DNA of 64,000 bases from Octopus vulgaris (Eukaryota), in assembly GCA_951406725.2 (NCBI GenBank), contig OX597817.1:55614001-55678000 (forward strand), read 5' to 3'. Under the pieces are notes generated by a model, which worked only from the letters and a program-made list of their open reading frames with translations, was not told the origin of the DNA and searched no databases. Every line of letters starts with the position of its first letter. Within the stretch, counting starts at the first letter, position 1. Positions 1-14,468 of the stretch are shown piece by piece. The position numbers and the translations under genes are program-made.

Positions 1-40
<40 letters not shown>

Positions 41-679
41 CGTATGTATCTATGGGTTTGTATAGATATATATATATATATATATATATGTACGTATGAA
101 TGTATGTATCTGTTTATATATATATATATATATTGTAATGTAATGCGTATATGAATAAGTGTGCATGTTTGTGTATGCGTGTATTATGTATTGTAGCGTT
201 TTCCCTAGTTCACCCCCGTTCACCCTTTTACTCTCTCGTACGTAAAGTCCCCTCTCGTTGCCATTTTCCCCTCTGCCTCTTTCTTTCACACTCTCTTCCT
301 TATTCTCTATATTCTTCCTTCTTTCTTCTCAGTCAAGATATTTTGCAATTACCTTTGAAATTGGAAAATTCTGTGTGTAGAGATAACGAGTTCCTTCTGC
401 TGGCACTCCAATAAACAGAGGTCACTCTCTTGTGGAAACGTGGCCATCTAATGGACATCGAAATCAGTCTTCGGTTATACACTCCCTTATGGTGCCTATT
501 TAACGGTAACTGTCTCCAGCAAAGTTAATTCTATTTCAGTTTTAACTGCTAAATTGTGAAATGGAATACCAGTGTGTTCCAGTGTGCACGGAAATATATA
601 AAAACTCGAGAGTTCGGTTACATCTCTCTCCCTCTCAGCCTATATGTGTATATATAAATATATATATATGTGTGTGTGT

Positions 680-714
<35 letters not shown>

Positions 715-866
715 TGTGTGTGTGTCTGTGGGTGTTTGTGTGCGTTTGTCTTTGGATGTATGCATACCCTTGTATCTATATGTATGCATCTGTAATTACA
801 TATTGATAAATTTCTCCCTATCTGTCTCTCTCTCACTATATATATTTATATATATATTTATGTATC

Positions 867-903
<37 letters not shown>

Positions 904-912
904 TTATATATA

Positions 913-1062
913 TACTTTGATACTTTGATACTTTGATAGGTTTCGGCCATTATTGGCCCAGGCCATGTCTAACTTAATAGCACCACCTGGTGCTATACAG
1001 AAACATTATTATTTCCAAATCTCCCAAAGAGAGATATTCAGTAACAGCTCTGTAAAGTAATT
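913..1062 (-). mobile_element. 3' end of a non-LTR retroelement (CR1-group-like tail) with (ATCAAAGT)3 terminal repeats
   Basis: Minus strand reads GGTGGTGC...CATGGCC-TG-GGCCA-ATAA-TGGCC-GAAAC, then ATCAAAGT x3. Same motif order as the LINE 3' UTR at 8263-8301. Confidence 0.55.
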
Positions 1063-1077
1063 CATATATATATATTA

Positions 1078-1190
<113 letters not shown>

Positions 1191-1312
1191 TATGAAGTAA
1201 AGACTATTTGCCAACATAGTGTGGCTGTCCTGGAAGGAAGATTGTTACTGTTGTTTAGACCCAGGAAATATCGTTTCCAGTTGGCTATACGACAGTTGGC
1301 TATACGACACAA

Positions 1313-1530
1313 GGCGGCGAGCTGGTAGAAACGTTAGCACGCCGGGCGAAATTCGTCTGTCGTTACGTTCCGAGTTCAAATTCCGCCGAGGTCGACTTTG
1401 CCTTTCATCCTTTCGGGGTCGATAAATTAAGTACCAGTTACGCACTGGGGACGATGTAGTCGACTTCATCCCTTTGTCTGTCCTTGTTTGTCCCCTCTGT
1501 GTTTAGCCCCTTGTGGGTAGTAAAGAAATA
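1313..1530 (+). mobile_element. tRNA-derived SINE family A, near full length, with 12-bp target site duplication
   Basis: A-box-like TGGTAGAAACGT and B box GAGTTCAAATTCC, body GTCGACTTTGCCTTTCATCCTTTCGGGGTCGATAAATTAAGTACCAG, tail GTAAAGAAATA. TATACGACACAA at 1301-1312 and 1531-1542. At least 7 other loci in the window. Confidence 0.85.
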
Positions 1531-1559
1531 TATACGACACAATATCTGTATCCTTATAT

Positions 1560-2550
1560 TTTCGAACAGCGAGCCCCCATCTACAGAATTCATACTTTTT
1601 CCATGCAAATGATTTTGAAGACTGCAGAATAAAGAATGATCAAATGGGGCAATGTCTGGCGAATATGGTGGGTGGGGCATCATCTCGCATTCAAACTGCT
1701 CCAGCCTTTGGAATGTCATCCTCGCAGTATATGGCCAAGCATTATCCTGATGAAAGAACACATTTCGTTTTGAAACCCCCAATTTTTTTTTCTTCTAAGC
1801 CGCCCAAGTTGCTCGCAGTACATCTCATTTGTTATCGTTTGGTTTGGGTTCAAAGTGGACTAAACCTTTCATATCAAACAGATAACAACATCTTATGTGG
1901 GTGAAGATCTTTAGCCTGGGCTACCAGTGTTTCTCCTGTCTTTACTCACTGTCTTCGGCGCTTCACATTTTTATTGAGGACCCATTACTCGTCACTATTC
2001 TGTCCCAAAATGGTTCATTCGTGAAACGTGACAGTAAAGAAAAGCACCCATTCAATTACTACGCACGATTAGACTGGGAAAGTTTGTAAGGAAACCAGTG
2101 GCCCATTTTTCTGACATTTCCAATGGAACACCGGTGTCGACGAATGGTTAAATGACCAAATCCTAGATTCTCTGCTGGTTCCTTAACAGTTACGATGGGA
2201 TTTTGTTCAACCAGTGTTTGCAGGACGTCCTCATTGAGCTCTACGGATCTTCCAGGACGAGGCTCGTCTTCTAGACTGTAGTTTTTGACTTGGTATTTCT
2301 AGAACCAGAGTTGAGACTGGTTTACTCTTATTGTCCGATCCCCGTATACTGCATTTATCGAGCTCATAAACCAAAATATGCTCATTTGTGACTTTCATTA
2401 TATCTTTGAAAAAATAACTGTTAAAATCAAACTCCACCCTTCAAAACTTAGACTCAGGTAAAATTACTACCTGCTTTTAGAGCAAGCTGATGCAGCTCGA
2501 AATCAGATGAATTTAGTGACATCCGTACGAAAAAATACCGCGATAATGAG
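1560..2550 (-). mobile_element. Decayed Tc1/mariner (mariner family) transposon with transposase pseudogene
   Basis: Manual minus-strand translation across frameshifts and stops: LEDEPRPGRS...GHWFPYKL (WVPHEL-like), EPFWDRIVT/SDE*WV, LHPHKMLLSV*, NQTITNEMYCEQL, FHQDNAWPY, HPPYSPDIAPFDHSLF (YSPDLAPxD motif). The 3' end is truncated near the SINE at 1313-1530. Confidence 0.9.
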
Positions 2551-2599
2551 ATGTTTAGTTAATGAATATATAGCTGAGGACGGTAAAAGGTAAGCAAAT

Positions 2600-2915
<316 letters not shown>

Positions 2916-3173
2916 AAAGATTTCGCTGTATCTGGGAAATTAAGTTTCGCTCGACACCTGATTCAATGAACCGTTAAGCGAATCTTCCTACCTCGGTCCG
3001 AAACCAATTTATAATTAATTTCACTTTGAGTAATAAGGGCTCCCATTCGATAGATAATCGGTTGTTATTCTTACACATGGATTCACTTAACTTAATGCAG
3101 ATAAATTGATAGGAAGAGTGAATGACAGAGATAAACACTCACTAGCACACACACACACACACACACACTCATA

Positions 3174-3240
<67 letters not shown>

Positions 3241-3584
3241 ATGTATGTATATATTTACATATATATATATATATATATAACATTATGGGTTATGTCAAGA
3301 AATATCACATCAATATAGAAATTATGTGTTAGCTTTGTTGGCGTTTATACATAAAGCATCAATTTTCATAGAGGGAGCTTCGAACGGATTTGGTACGATT
3401 ACACCTTGTTGTCGGCAGCGAGGATTTTTCTCCATTACCAAATGCAGTGAAAGTTGTTTCCACGGGTTCTAAGAAGCTCACAAAACATATTTCGAACTGG
3501 TAGCATACACACACACACACACACACACACATTTATATATATATATTTATAGAGAGGGAGAGAGACATAAATATGTACATATGC

Positions 3585-3632
<48 letters not shown>

Positions 3633-3636
<4 letters not shown>

Positions 3637-3780
3637 GGCTTCTTTCGTTGTTCATCTACTAAATCCATTCACAAAGCCTCGGTTGACAGAGGTCATTGTA
3701 GAAAACACATGCCCGTGGTACCACGCGGTGGGACTGAACCCGGAACAATGTAGTTGAGAAGCAAGCTTCATACCGCACAT
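3633..3780 (-). mobile_element. SINE family B, 5' half only
   Basis: B-box-like GGTTCAGTCCC and body matching 56050-56218. Ends at a (CA)/(TA) tract. Confidence 0.75.
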
Positions 3781-3782
3781 CA

Positions 3783-3894
<112 letters not shown>

Positions 3895-4421
3895 CATATG
3901 TGTGTATGTGTGTATGTGTGTGTGTGTATGTGTGTGTGTTTTGTTTGTGTGTGCGTTTGTGTATAAATCACGGCTAAATGATTCTAATATTTATGTAACG
4001 GCCGTTCTGCCGCTTCGTGCCACAAGCGAAAGCATTTTTATCGGATTCTAATAAGAGAGATCTGATCTCTTTGTCAGTTCGGAGTTGCTACTCTGTGAAG
4101 GTCTCGATAGTGATTTGAAGATAACTACTTCAATATGCTTGCATCCATCCAAATCGTCGATAGAGGAAGCTTCAAATTGGTCAGGTATGTTTTACATATT
4201 TGTGTAAGTAGAGACAATATTTCTCTTCGATAAAATATAGCGAATGGTTTTCTTAAGGTTTCGAATATATCTGAAATATATCTGAACTGGTAACAAGTTT
4301 ATGTAAAATGAATTATATTTTCATAAGAAAAAAAAATAGCTATTATTTTAAACTATGTTTTAAAAAATACCATTTCACCTAACGTTTCTGCCAGTTCACC
4401 ACCATAATATAATTTTTGTGT

Positions 4422-4961
4422 AGGGGGCCAGTCGATTAGATCGATCCCAGTACGTAACTTGTACTTAATTAATTGACCCCGAAAGGATGAAGAGAAAAGT
4501 CGACCTCTGCGGAATTTGAACTCAGATCATAAAGACAGACGAAATACCTATTTCTTTACTACCCACAAGGGGCTAAACACAGACTGGAAAAACAAGGACA
4601 GACAAACGGATTAAGTCGATTACATCGACCCACAGTGCGTAACTGGTACTTAGTTTATCGACCTCGAAAGGTTGAAAGGTAAAGTCGACCCGGCGGAATT
4701 TGAACTCAGAACGCAGCGGCAGACGAAATACCTATTTCTTTATTACCCACAAGGGGCTAAACACAAAGCGGACAAACAAGGACAGACATAGGTATTAAGT
4801 CGATTACATCGACCCCAGTGCGTAACTGGTACTTAATTTATCGACCCCGAAAGAATGAAAGGTAAAGTCGACCCGGCGGAATTTGAACTCAGAACGCAGC
4901 GGCAGACGAAATACCGGTAAGCATTTCGCCCGGCGTGTAACATATCTGCCGGCTCGTCACC
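4422..4961 (-). mobile_element. SINE family A head-to-tail trimer (one head, three bodies, period about 184 bp)
   Basis: B box GGAATTTGAACTC occurs three times. Junction GAAATACCTATTTC at 4541-4554 and 4725-4738. Confidence 0.85.
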
Positions 4962-5087
4962 TTAATATACTTTACATATTGATACTTGCTTCCCATCACA
5001 TTTCCTTCTATACCCGCTCAAGTTTAAATCTCTTGAGCACTACAAGGCGTATTAAATAAAGGAGCATATCGGATTCTAAAATATGAA

Positions 5088-5116
<29 letters not shown>

Positions 5117-5118
<2 letters not shown>

Positions 5119-5527
5119 ATGCCAACCCCCTTTGCTTGCGAAGACATGTTGGGGCAAGCGAAATCGAAAACGAATTGAACCAGCCAGGATCCCTGGTCTG
5201 GTGGTACGTAAAAAGCACTATCCGACTCGTGGCCGATGCCAGCGCCGCCTCGACTGGCTTCCGTGCTGGTGGCACGTAAAATACACCAATCCGACCGTGC
5301 CCGTTGCCAGCCTCGCCTGGCACCTGTGCAGGTGGCACGTAAAAAGCACCCACTACACTCACGGAGTGGTTGGCGTTAGGAAGGGCATCCAGCTGTAGAA
5401 ACATTGCTAGATAAGACTGGAGCCTGGTACAGCCTTCTGGCTTCCCAGATCCCCGGTCGAACCGTCCAACCCATGCTAGCATGGAGAACGGACGTTAAAC
5501 GATGATGATGGTGATGATGATGATGAT
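5117..5527 (+). mobile_element. SINE-like element (family C) with three internal repeats and a (GAT)n tail
   Basis: GGTGG(C/T)ACGTAAAA(A/T)(G/A)CAC repeated near 5200, 5267 and 5331. 3' end ACCCATGCTAGCATGGAGAACGGACGTTAAAC followed by (GAT)n. GC-rich relative to the flanks. Confidence 0.65.
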
Positions 5528-5983
5528 ATATATATACACATATATATTTCACTTTTGAGTTGGGAGTCACATTTGACTGTCTGACAGTAAGGCTGTGAGG
5601 GAAGTCATTTTGTTACGTTTCTCATCTTTATAATCTTCAGATATCCTAACCACTCATACAGTTTGAATGACAGTGTGGCACTTTCTCTCTAACAAACCAA
5701 GATCAATCATTATTTCCAATCCCAACTGTTTGGTTCGCATTCTACAACTCCAGTATGGTAATATAATCATATTATAATAATAATATAAGACGTACGAAAC
5801 TAAAAAGGTATCTTGAGTATCGGTCTTGCAAACGCTTTGTGATTGGTCCATTTACCGCTTTCCTCGTTTGTATAGTTTTGACCACAATGGCGTCAAGAAG
5901 GCAGCTGTATGTAGAAATGTATACTTTTACTCTTTTACTTATTTCAGTCTTTGACAGCGGCCATGATGGAGCACGTACAAATA

Positions 5984-6059
<76 letters not shown>

Positions 6060-6060
<1 letters not shown>

Positions 6061-8247
6061 TCATGCCTGAATGATTGGCCTGAATGTCTCTCCACACCGG
6101 ACATAAACATGAAACACAAACACTTCATGTCCATAATACAAGCCATATGTGACAAATATGTCCCAATGTGCAGGGCCAGCACACACAAGAATAAAAACAG
6201 GATCCCTAGAGAAAGGAGGATTCTTATGAGACGACGGACAAGGATTGCAAACCGCCTGAGCAAGCACACCAAAAGTGGTGAGAAGTCTCGGCTCGAAAGA
6301 ATGCTAATGGAAACTGAGAAAAGTCTACATCAGTCCCATGAAAAGGAGAGAGCAGATAAAGAAGCTTGGGTAATAGAAAATATAAAATCAAACCCTAAAG
6401 CTTTCTTTAAGTTTGCCAAAGAGACAGCCACAGTGCACCAGAGAATAGGACCTCTCTTCCAAAAAGATGGCTCTCTCACAGGAAATCCCACGAGGATAAG
6501 TGAAATACTGAACGAACAGTTCCAAAGTGTGTTCACTACACCTCTAGGACACAGGCAAGTAAACAACCCAGAAGAATTCTTTGCCACTTTACCAGCGGCC
6601 AAAGAGACAAAAATTGAGTACATCAACATCGAAGAAGATGATATCACACTAGCCATTGATGAGATTGACACAAACTCAGCTGCTGGACCTGATGGATTCC
6701 CAGCGATCCTTCTCAAATCGTGCAAACGAGCCCTTGCAAAACCGCTACAGCTTCTTTTTCAGAGCTTTCTTGCAAGTGGTAAGCTCCCAGTCAAACTGAA
6801 AGAGGGGGTAATATGCCCTATCCATAAGGGAGGTAGCAGAGCAGATGCTAAAAATTATAGGCCTATCTCTCTGACCTCACACATCAGCAAAGTCATGGAA
6901 CGAATAGTCCGTAAGAAACTAATCATGTTCCTTGAAGAAAATGACTTACTGTCTGACACCCAGCATGGATTTCGACCAGGTAGAGGCTGCCTAACACAGC
7001 TCCTGCAACACTATGACTGGGTGTTGAAACAGCTACTAAATGGCTCAAATGTGGATGTAATATATCTTGACTTTGCAAAAGCCTTTGATAAAGTCGACCA
7101 TGGTATGATCTGTCACAAACTGCGTGGTCTCGGCATAGGCGGGAAACTTGGAGAGTGGCTGCACAACTTCCTAAAAGACAGAAAACAGGCAGTTGTGAGC
7201 AATGGAGCCACCTCCAGGGAAACGCAAATAACAAGCGGTGTCCCACAGGGCACTGTCTTGGGGCCACTGATGTTCATAGTGGCCCTTTCAGACATGCCTT
7301 CAGTTGCTACGATGACCACCCTTGCTAGCTATGCAGATGACACAAAGGTCTCCCACGCAATACAGAACCCTGAAAATATTGCGCATCTGCAACATGAGCT
7401 GGACACAATATACAGGTGGGCTGAGGACAACAACATGCAGTTTAATGCAGGTAAGTTCCAGGCCCTGCGCTACTGGCACACAAAGGTAAATGACGTGAAG
7501 ACTGGATACACTGGCCCAGGAAGAATTGCAATCCCTGAGTCAAAATCAGTGCGTGACCTGGGCATTGACATGAGCAATGATGCATCTTTCCAAATGCATA
7601 TTGCTAATCTGGTGATAAAATGCAGACGGCTAGCTGGATGGATTCTCCGAACTTTCAGAACAAGAGAGAAGGAGACACTGATGGTCCTATGGAAAACATT
7701 TGTCCTCAGCCGCTTGGACTACTGCTCCCAACTTTGGTCACCACACAATATAAAACAAACAGCAGAACTCGAAGCAACTCAGAGAAGCTACACAAAGAAA
7801 ATCGTCTCAATGCAAAATGTCAGCTACTGGGAAAGACTGAAGGTATTAAACCTCTTCTCCCTGGAGCGGAGGCGGGAGAGATATGCAGTAATATACATCT
7901 GGAAAATCCTGGAGGGTCTTGTCCCAAACTTTGGCATTCAAAGTTACTCCAACCGCAGAACGGGGCGCCGCTGCGTGGTGCCAAGGATTCCAACATCACC
8001 ATCAAAATACAGGTCCAGATACTGCAACAGCTTGGGTTTCAGAGGACCACAGCTTTTCAACATCCTCCCTAAATGCCTGAGAGACTTACATGGTGTGGAT
8101 GTGGGTTTCTTTAAAACTAAACTGGATCTCTTCTTGTTGGGAGTCCCAGATGAACCTACCTCACGACAGGAGACACGGATGCGGGCAGCAGCATCGAACT
8201 CCCTTGTTGATCAAGTGCCACGTATCAGAGGTGGATTCACAAACTAG
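6060..8247 (+). CDS. LINE ORF2 reverse transcriptase (CR1-group non-LTR retrotransposon), 5'-truncated, endonuclease domain missing
   Basis: Motifs AAGPDG, NYRPISLTS, QHGFR, YLDFAKAFDKVDH, SGVPQGTVLGP, YADD, RDLGI, LDYCSQLWSP, LFSLERRRERY. About 730 codons without a stop. The upstream part of the 802-aa ORF (5839-6059) is SINE tail plus (TA)n read-through. First in-frame ATG within the element is at 6109. Confidence 0.95.
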
Positions 8248-8312
8248 TGTGGCTCATTCAGCGGTGGTGCCCCAGCATGGCCGCGGCCTTCGGGCTAAAA
8301 CATTTTTTAAGG
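6060..8312 (+). mobile_element. 5'-truncated CR1-group LINE insertion with short 3' UTR
   Basis: RT ORF plus about 60 bp of 3' UTR with a stem-loop. Starts abruptly in a (TA)n tract. Confidence 0.9.
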
Positions 8313-8522
8313 ATGCATACATACAGATATATTTACATATGTATGTATGTGTGTTTTTGTGTGTGTTTGTGTGTGTGTGCGCGCGCATGATTAAAAACCA
8401 ATGATAGAAATATAGATAATAATGGAGAGGTAGACAGAAATATAAACAGATTGACAGATAGGTAAAGAGACAGACATCAAGCAGGCAGACCGTTGAATAG
8501 CCAGTTAGCTTGCTATACATAC

Positions 8523-8605
<83 letters not shown>

Positions 8606-8768
8606 TATATACATACATACATACATAAATAGACAGATAGATAGGTAGAAAGGAAACAGACAGTTAGGTAGATAAACAGATAGACAGATAGATGGATACA
8701 TACATACATATATATACTTATATACATAATGTAGATATAGATAGAGACATGCAGAGAGACAGGTAGAT

Positions 8769-8801
<33 letters not shown>

Positions 8802-8867
8802 TAAACACACAGACAGATACATACATACAATCATACATACATAGGTAGACTTACAGATAGATAGATA

Positions 8868-8955
<88 letters not shown>

Positions 8956-9352
8956 ATAGATGGATGGATAAACAGACAGGCAGACAGACAGAAGGAGACA
9001 CAGATATTCTAGGCTCGAGATATGATTGATTAATATTCTGTAAAAAAAAAAAACGTAATGACAAAAAATTGCTGAAAAGAAAAATAATCAAAAGATGAGA
9101 AAATCTAATCTGCAAAAGTTGTGTACAGTAGTTGCTATAGTTGTAATCTCTATTGCACTCAAAGACTGCATACTGCAACATATACTGCAACAGTGAGTGC
9201 AACACATATTACGTCATTCACCAAGACAACAACTGTACCCAATGACGTAAATATGTGTACACAGGTGCGTGGAAATATATTACGGATGAAGTAGAAACAC
9301 GTACGCAGGTAAACTCGCATATACACACTAACTCATTTAGAACCACAAAGAA

Positions 9353-9387
<35 letters not shown>

Positions 9388-9559
9388 AACACGCACATAA
9401 ACTAATATAGGCAAACCTAGTCTACATATAAAGTTGACTTTCGTAATCCAATAGAAATATAAAAAACATTATATTGTGTATGCGTTTGTTTCTATCCACA
9501 TGCATACATGACATAAAAATACATATATATATCATGACACGCACATACACACACACACA

Positions 9560-9685
<126 letters not shown>

Positions 9686-9951
9686 CATTGTTGTATTTAG
9701 GAATGGTCATTTTGCCAGTTTAGCCAATGAAATATATAAATATATAAACGTATATATGATTAGGTTACATTTAAACACAAAAGAGGCGACCTCAACAGGA
9801 CACTTAGCATGCTAGAAGGAACAGTCAGAATCCAGAACACGGTTTATTTTTCATTCCCTTCGAAATTGCCCATAACCGTGGCTACTTTCTGCATGATAGG
9901 CCACTGGTACAAAGATTTCTATAACGTTTCCTACCCTGCATATTTTTCCTA

Positions 9952-9990
<39 letters not shown>

Positions 9991-10004
9991 AAATAGATAG
10001 ATAA

Positions 10005-10069
<65 letters not shown>

Positions 10070-10078
10070 TAAATAGAT

Positions 10079-10117
<39 letters not shown>

Positions 10118-10118
<1 letters not shown>

Positions 10119-10513
10119 TAGCAGTATCGCCCGGCGTTGCTCGGGTTTGTAAGGGAAATAACTATATAAGCATTTTTAGTGAGTTATAGCAAAAAAATAG
10201 CAAAAAAATGCATTAAAAATGGAATAAAAAATGATGGTAATTTTTTTTTAAATCGTTGACTCATCGTAGACATTTTTAAAGAGTTACTTCCCTTATATAA
10301 TAGCGAAAAAATGCATTAAAATGGAAAAAATGATGGTAATTTTTTTAAAAATCGTATACTCATCGTAGACGCGCGCTAATACCCAGAAGGGCTCGATATG
10401 AATCACGGCTATAAGATACCAGGTTTTGATTAAACTGCACCGCAAAATGTGGGAGTAGTTAGGAATCTAAATCGTAGGAGACAGACACACAACTTCACTT
10501 TTATATATAAAGA
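10118..10513 (-). mobile_element. Non-autonomous Helitron
   Basis: Minus strand starts TC (TCTTTATATATAAAAG) and ends with the hairpin CCCGAGCAACGCCGGG followed by CTAG. Inserted between A and T, no TSD. Confidence 0.8.
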
Positions 10514-10514
10514 T

Positions 10515-12242
<1,728 letters not shown>

Positions 12243-12317
12243 CTATGTATCTATGTATATATAAATATATGTATACATGTATATAACTATATATACATAT
12301 TCTTGCATTATTTTATT

Positions 12318-12552
12318 CTTTTGTTTCAGTCCTTTGATTGCGGCCATGCTGGAGCACCACATTTAGTCGAGTAAATCAACCCCAGGACTTATTCTTTCTA
12401 AGCGTAGTACTTACTTTACCTATCTCTTTTGCCAAACCGCTAAGTTACGGGGGCGTAAACGCACCTGCATCGGTTGTCAAACGATGTTGGAGGGGGAGGG
12501 ACAAACATACACACAAGCATACACACACACACATACACACACATACACACAA

Positions 12553-12615
<63 letters not shown>

Positions 12616-12775
12616 CCACGGGCTTCTTTCAGTTTCCGTGTACCAAATCCACTCACAAGGCTGTGGTCGGCCAGTGGCTATAGTATAATACACTTGCCAA
12701 AGTTGCCACGCAGTGGGACTGAACCTGGAACCATGTGGTGGGTAAGTAAGCAACTTACCACACAGCCACACCTGC
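12318..12775 (-). mobile_element. SINE family B, full length, with internal microsatellite
   Basis: Colinear with 55790-56218. Confidence 0.85.
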
Positions 12776-13037
12776 ACCAATATATATATATTGGTGCCTA
12801 TAAACATGCGTATATATCTAAATATATATCTACATATATATACATACTTATATACGTATGTGTGTGTGTATATTTATGCTTACACTCCACACATATGTAT
12901 ATATATATATATATACATTTATACATACATATATATATATATATATATATTATCATTATCTTATTACAATTATTATTATATATACATATATATATAATAG
13001 ACGACAAGGTACACCTAATTGTTATTACATGTTTTCC

Positions 13038-13214
13038 TTTTATTAGAGTAAATTTGGCTTACAGTACTCATTATAGGTTCGTTACTGATAGGTTTCTCAC
13101 TTTGTTTATTGATTAGTTTTGTTAACTGATCGATAGATCAATTCAGCAAACTTATCAGTTGCGCACCTATAATAACTACTGGAAACAGTTGTAAGCCATA
13201 TTTACTCTAAAAAA
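13038..13214. repeat. Imperfect foldback (inverted repeat), probably Penelope-like terminal sequence
   Basis: TTAGAGTAAATTTGGCTTACA pairs with TGTAAGCCATATTTACTCTAA, and ATTATAGGTTCGTTACTGATAGGTTT pairs with AAACTTATCAGTTGCGCACCTATAAT. Confidence 0.7.
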
Positions 13215-14432
13215 GTAAAAATAATAACCAATATTTATATATATTGTGTTATATATCACACTGTGTGAAAACCAGTTTCACCAAAGCTCAACCAAGTACT
13301 TATAATATAGAATTGTGATGAACCATAACCTTGGACCTTGCCATTAATATACGAGGAATTATTCTCTCATGTAAACAATACTATCAGCCTACTGTGCCAA
13401 CAGAGAGCTTATGAAGTATTTTGGCCATAAATGAAATGAAACTCGCTCAGGGAACTTACGTAGATTTTTCCCAATGTCGCTGAAGGTGGAAAAGGTAAAT
13501 ACCTATACGCATGACGTAATTTTGGGGTAGAAAACTTGGCCTCAGTTCTCATCTTGTCTTCAAACAATCAGCCAATCGTTTTCTTAAAAGAATACTGATT
13601 TTGGTATCTTTTTGCTTCCTAGTATTAACGCCCATTTCCTTAAAGTTGTCATAAAATGCTACCAAGCAATTGGTCATCTCTGTCTGCAGCATCGGAGAAG
13701 TTTTCACGATAGCTTTCAAAATTTATGTTGCGTGCTATTAGGCTTTCGTGGAATCGAAAGCGCGCAAGTTTGATCCCGGACGGCAGAGCTGCTCAAGAGA
13801 ATAGCGACACTCGCGATGCCATTCGCCTAGCCTCGGTCTCTGCTTAATCCACGGTAGATAGATAGATAGACAGACAGACAGATTTATAGATAGATAGATA
13901 GATACATACATACATACATAGATAAACAGACAGATTGATAGATAGAGAAAGAGAGAGAAGCACACATTTGTATAGGCAGTGTGAAGAAGAATATTTTTAC
14001 AATTTCAGTAACAACGGGATCACGGGTTCGATCGCACAGCGTATATTAATTTACTCGGTAACTTTAGAATGACAGTGAGTAAATGGTAACTGTATAGACA
14101 CCAATTGTTTGAATTGTACCTGTAATTGAATAGGTACAACCGTATCACGTACTATATTATGTTCAAGTGTGTTAATGGTATCTTTACGCAATAGAGCATT
14201 CTACGTCCCGGCAGAATAGTCAGGCATAGTCTATTTAGGCCCAAGAGTTTGATTTAATTGAACAAGCTGAGATTCACCATAGATATGTATTCATATATAT
14301 GTAATTATAAGAATGTGATATATATATACATAGTAAGTCCCCCCAAAAAACGAACAAACATATTAGCACAACAACGTGAGGACGTGGTACATGTAAAGTA
14401 TTAGCTGACGCTCAGGGAAGGAAAGAAATATG

Positions 14433-14468
14433 GTTTAACGTTTCGAGCAGACGCTCTTCTTCAGATAC
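14433..14468 (-). ncRNA. Minimal type I hammerhead ribozyme motif in a Penelope-like terminal repeat
   Basis: GTAT-CTGAAGA-A-GAGC-GTCT-GCTC-GAAACGTT-AAAC: canonical core, 4-bp stem II, palindromic stem III, stem I with one mismatch. Confidence 0.65.

Noticed and set aside
1313-1390. tRNA gene calls for SINE heads
   Set aside because: A and B boxes are present but there is no full cloverleaf, and the sequence continues into SINE bodies.
5200-5350. CRISPR-like repeat-spacer look
   Set aside because: Eukaryotic SINE context, spacers related to each other, no cas genes.
5839-6059. N-terminal extension of the 802-aa ORF
   Set aside because: Made of flank, an antisense SINE B tail fragment and (TA)n. 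In frame by chance.
5925-8301. Apparent inverted repeats flanking the LINE
   Set aside because: Explained by an antisense SINE B tail that resembles the LINE 3' end. Not TIRs.
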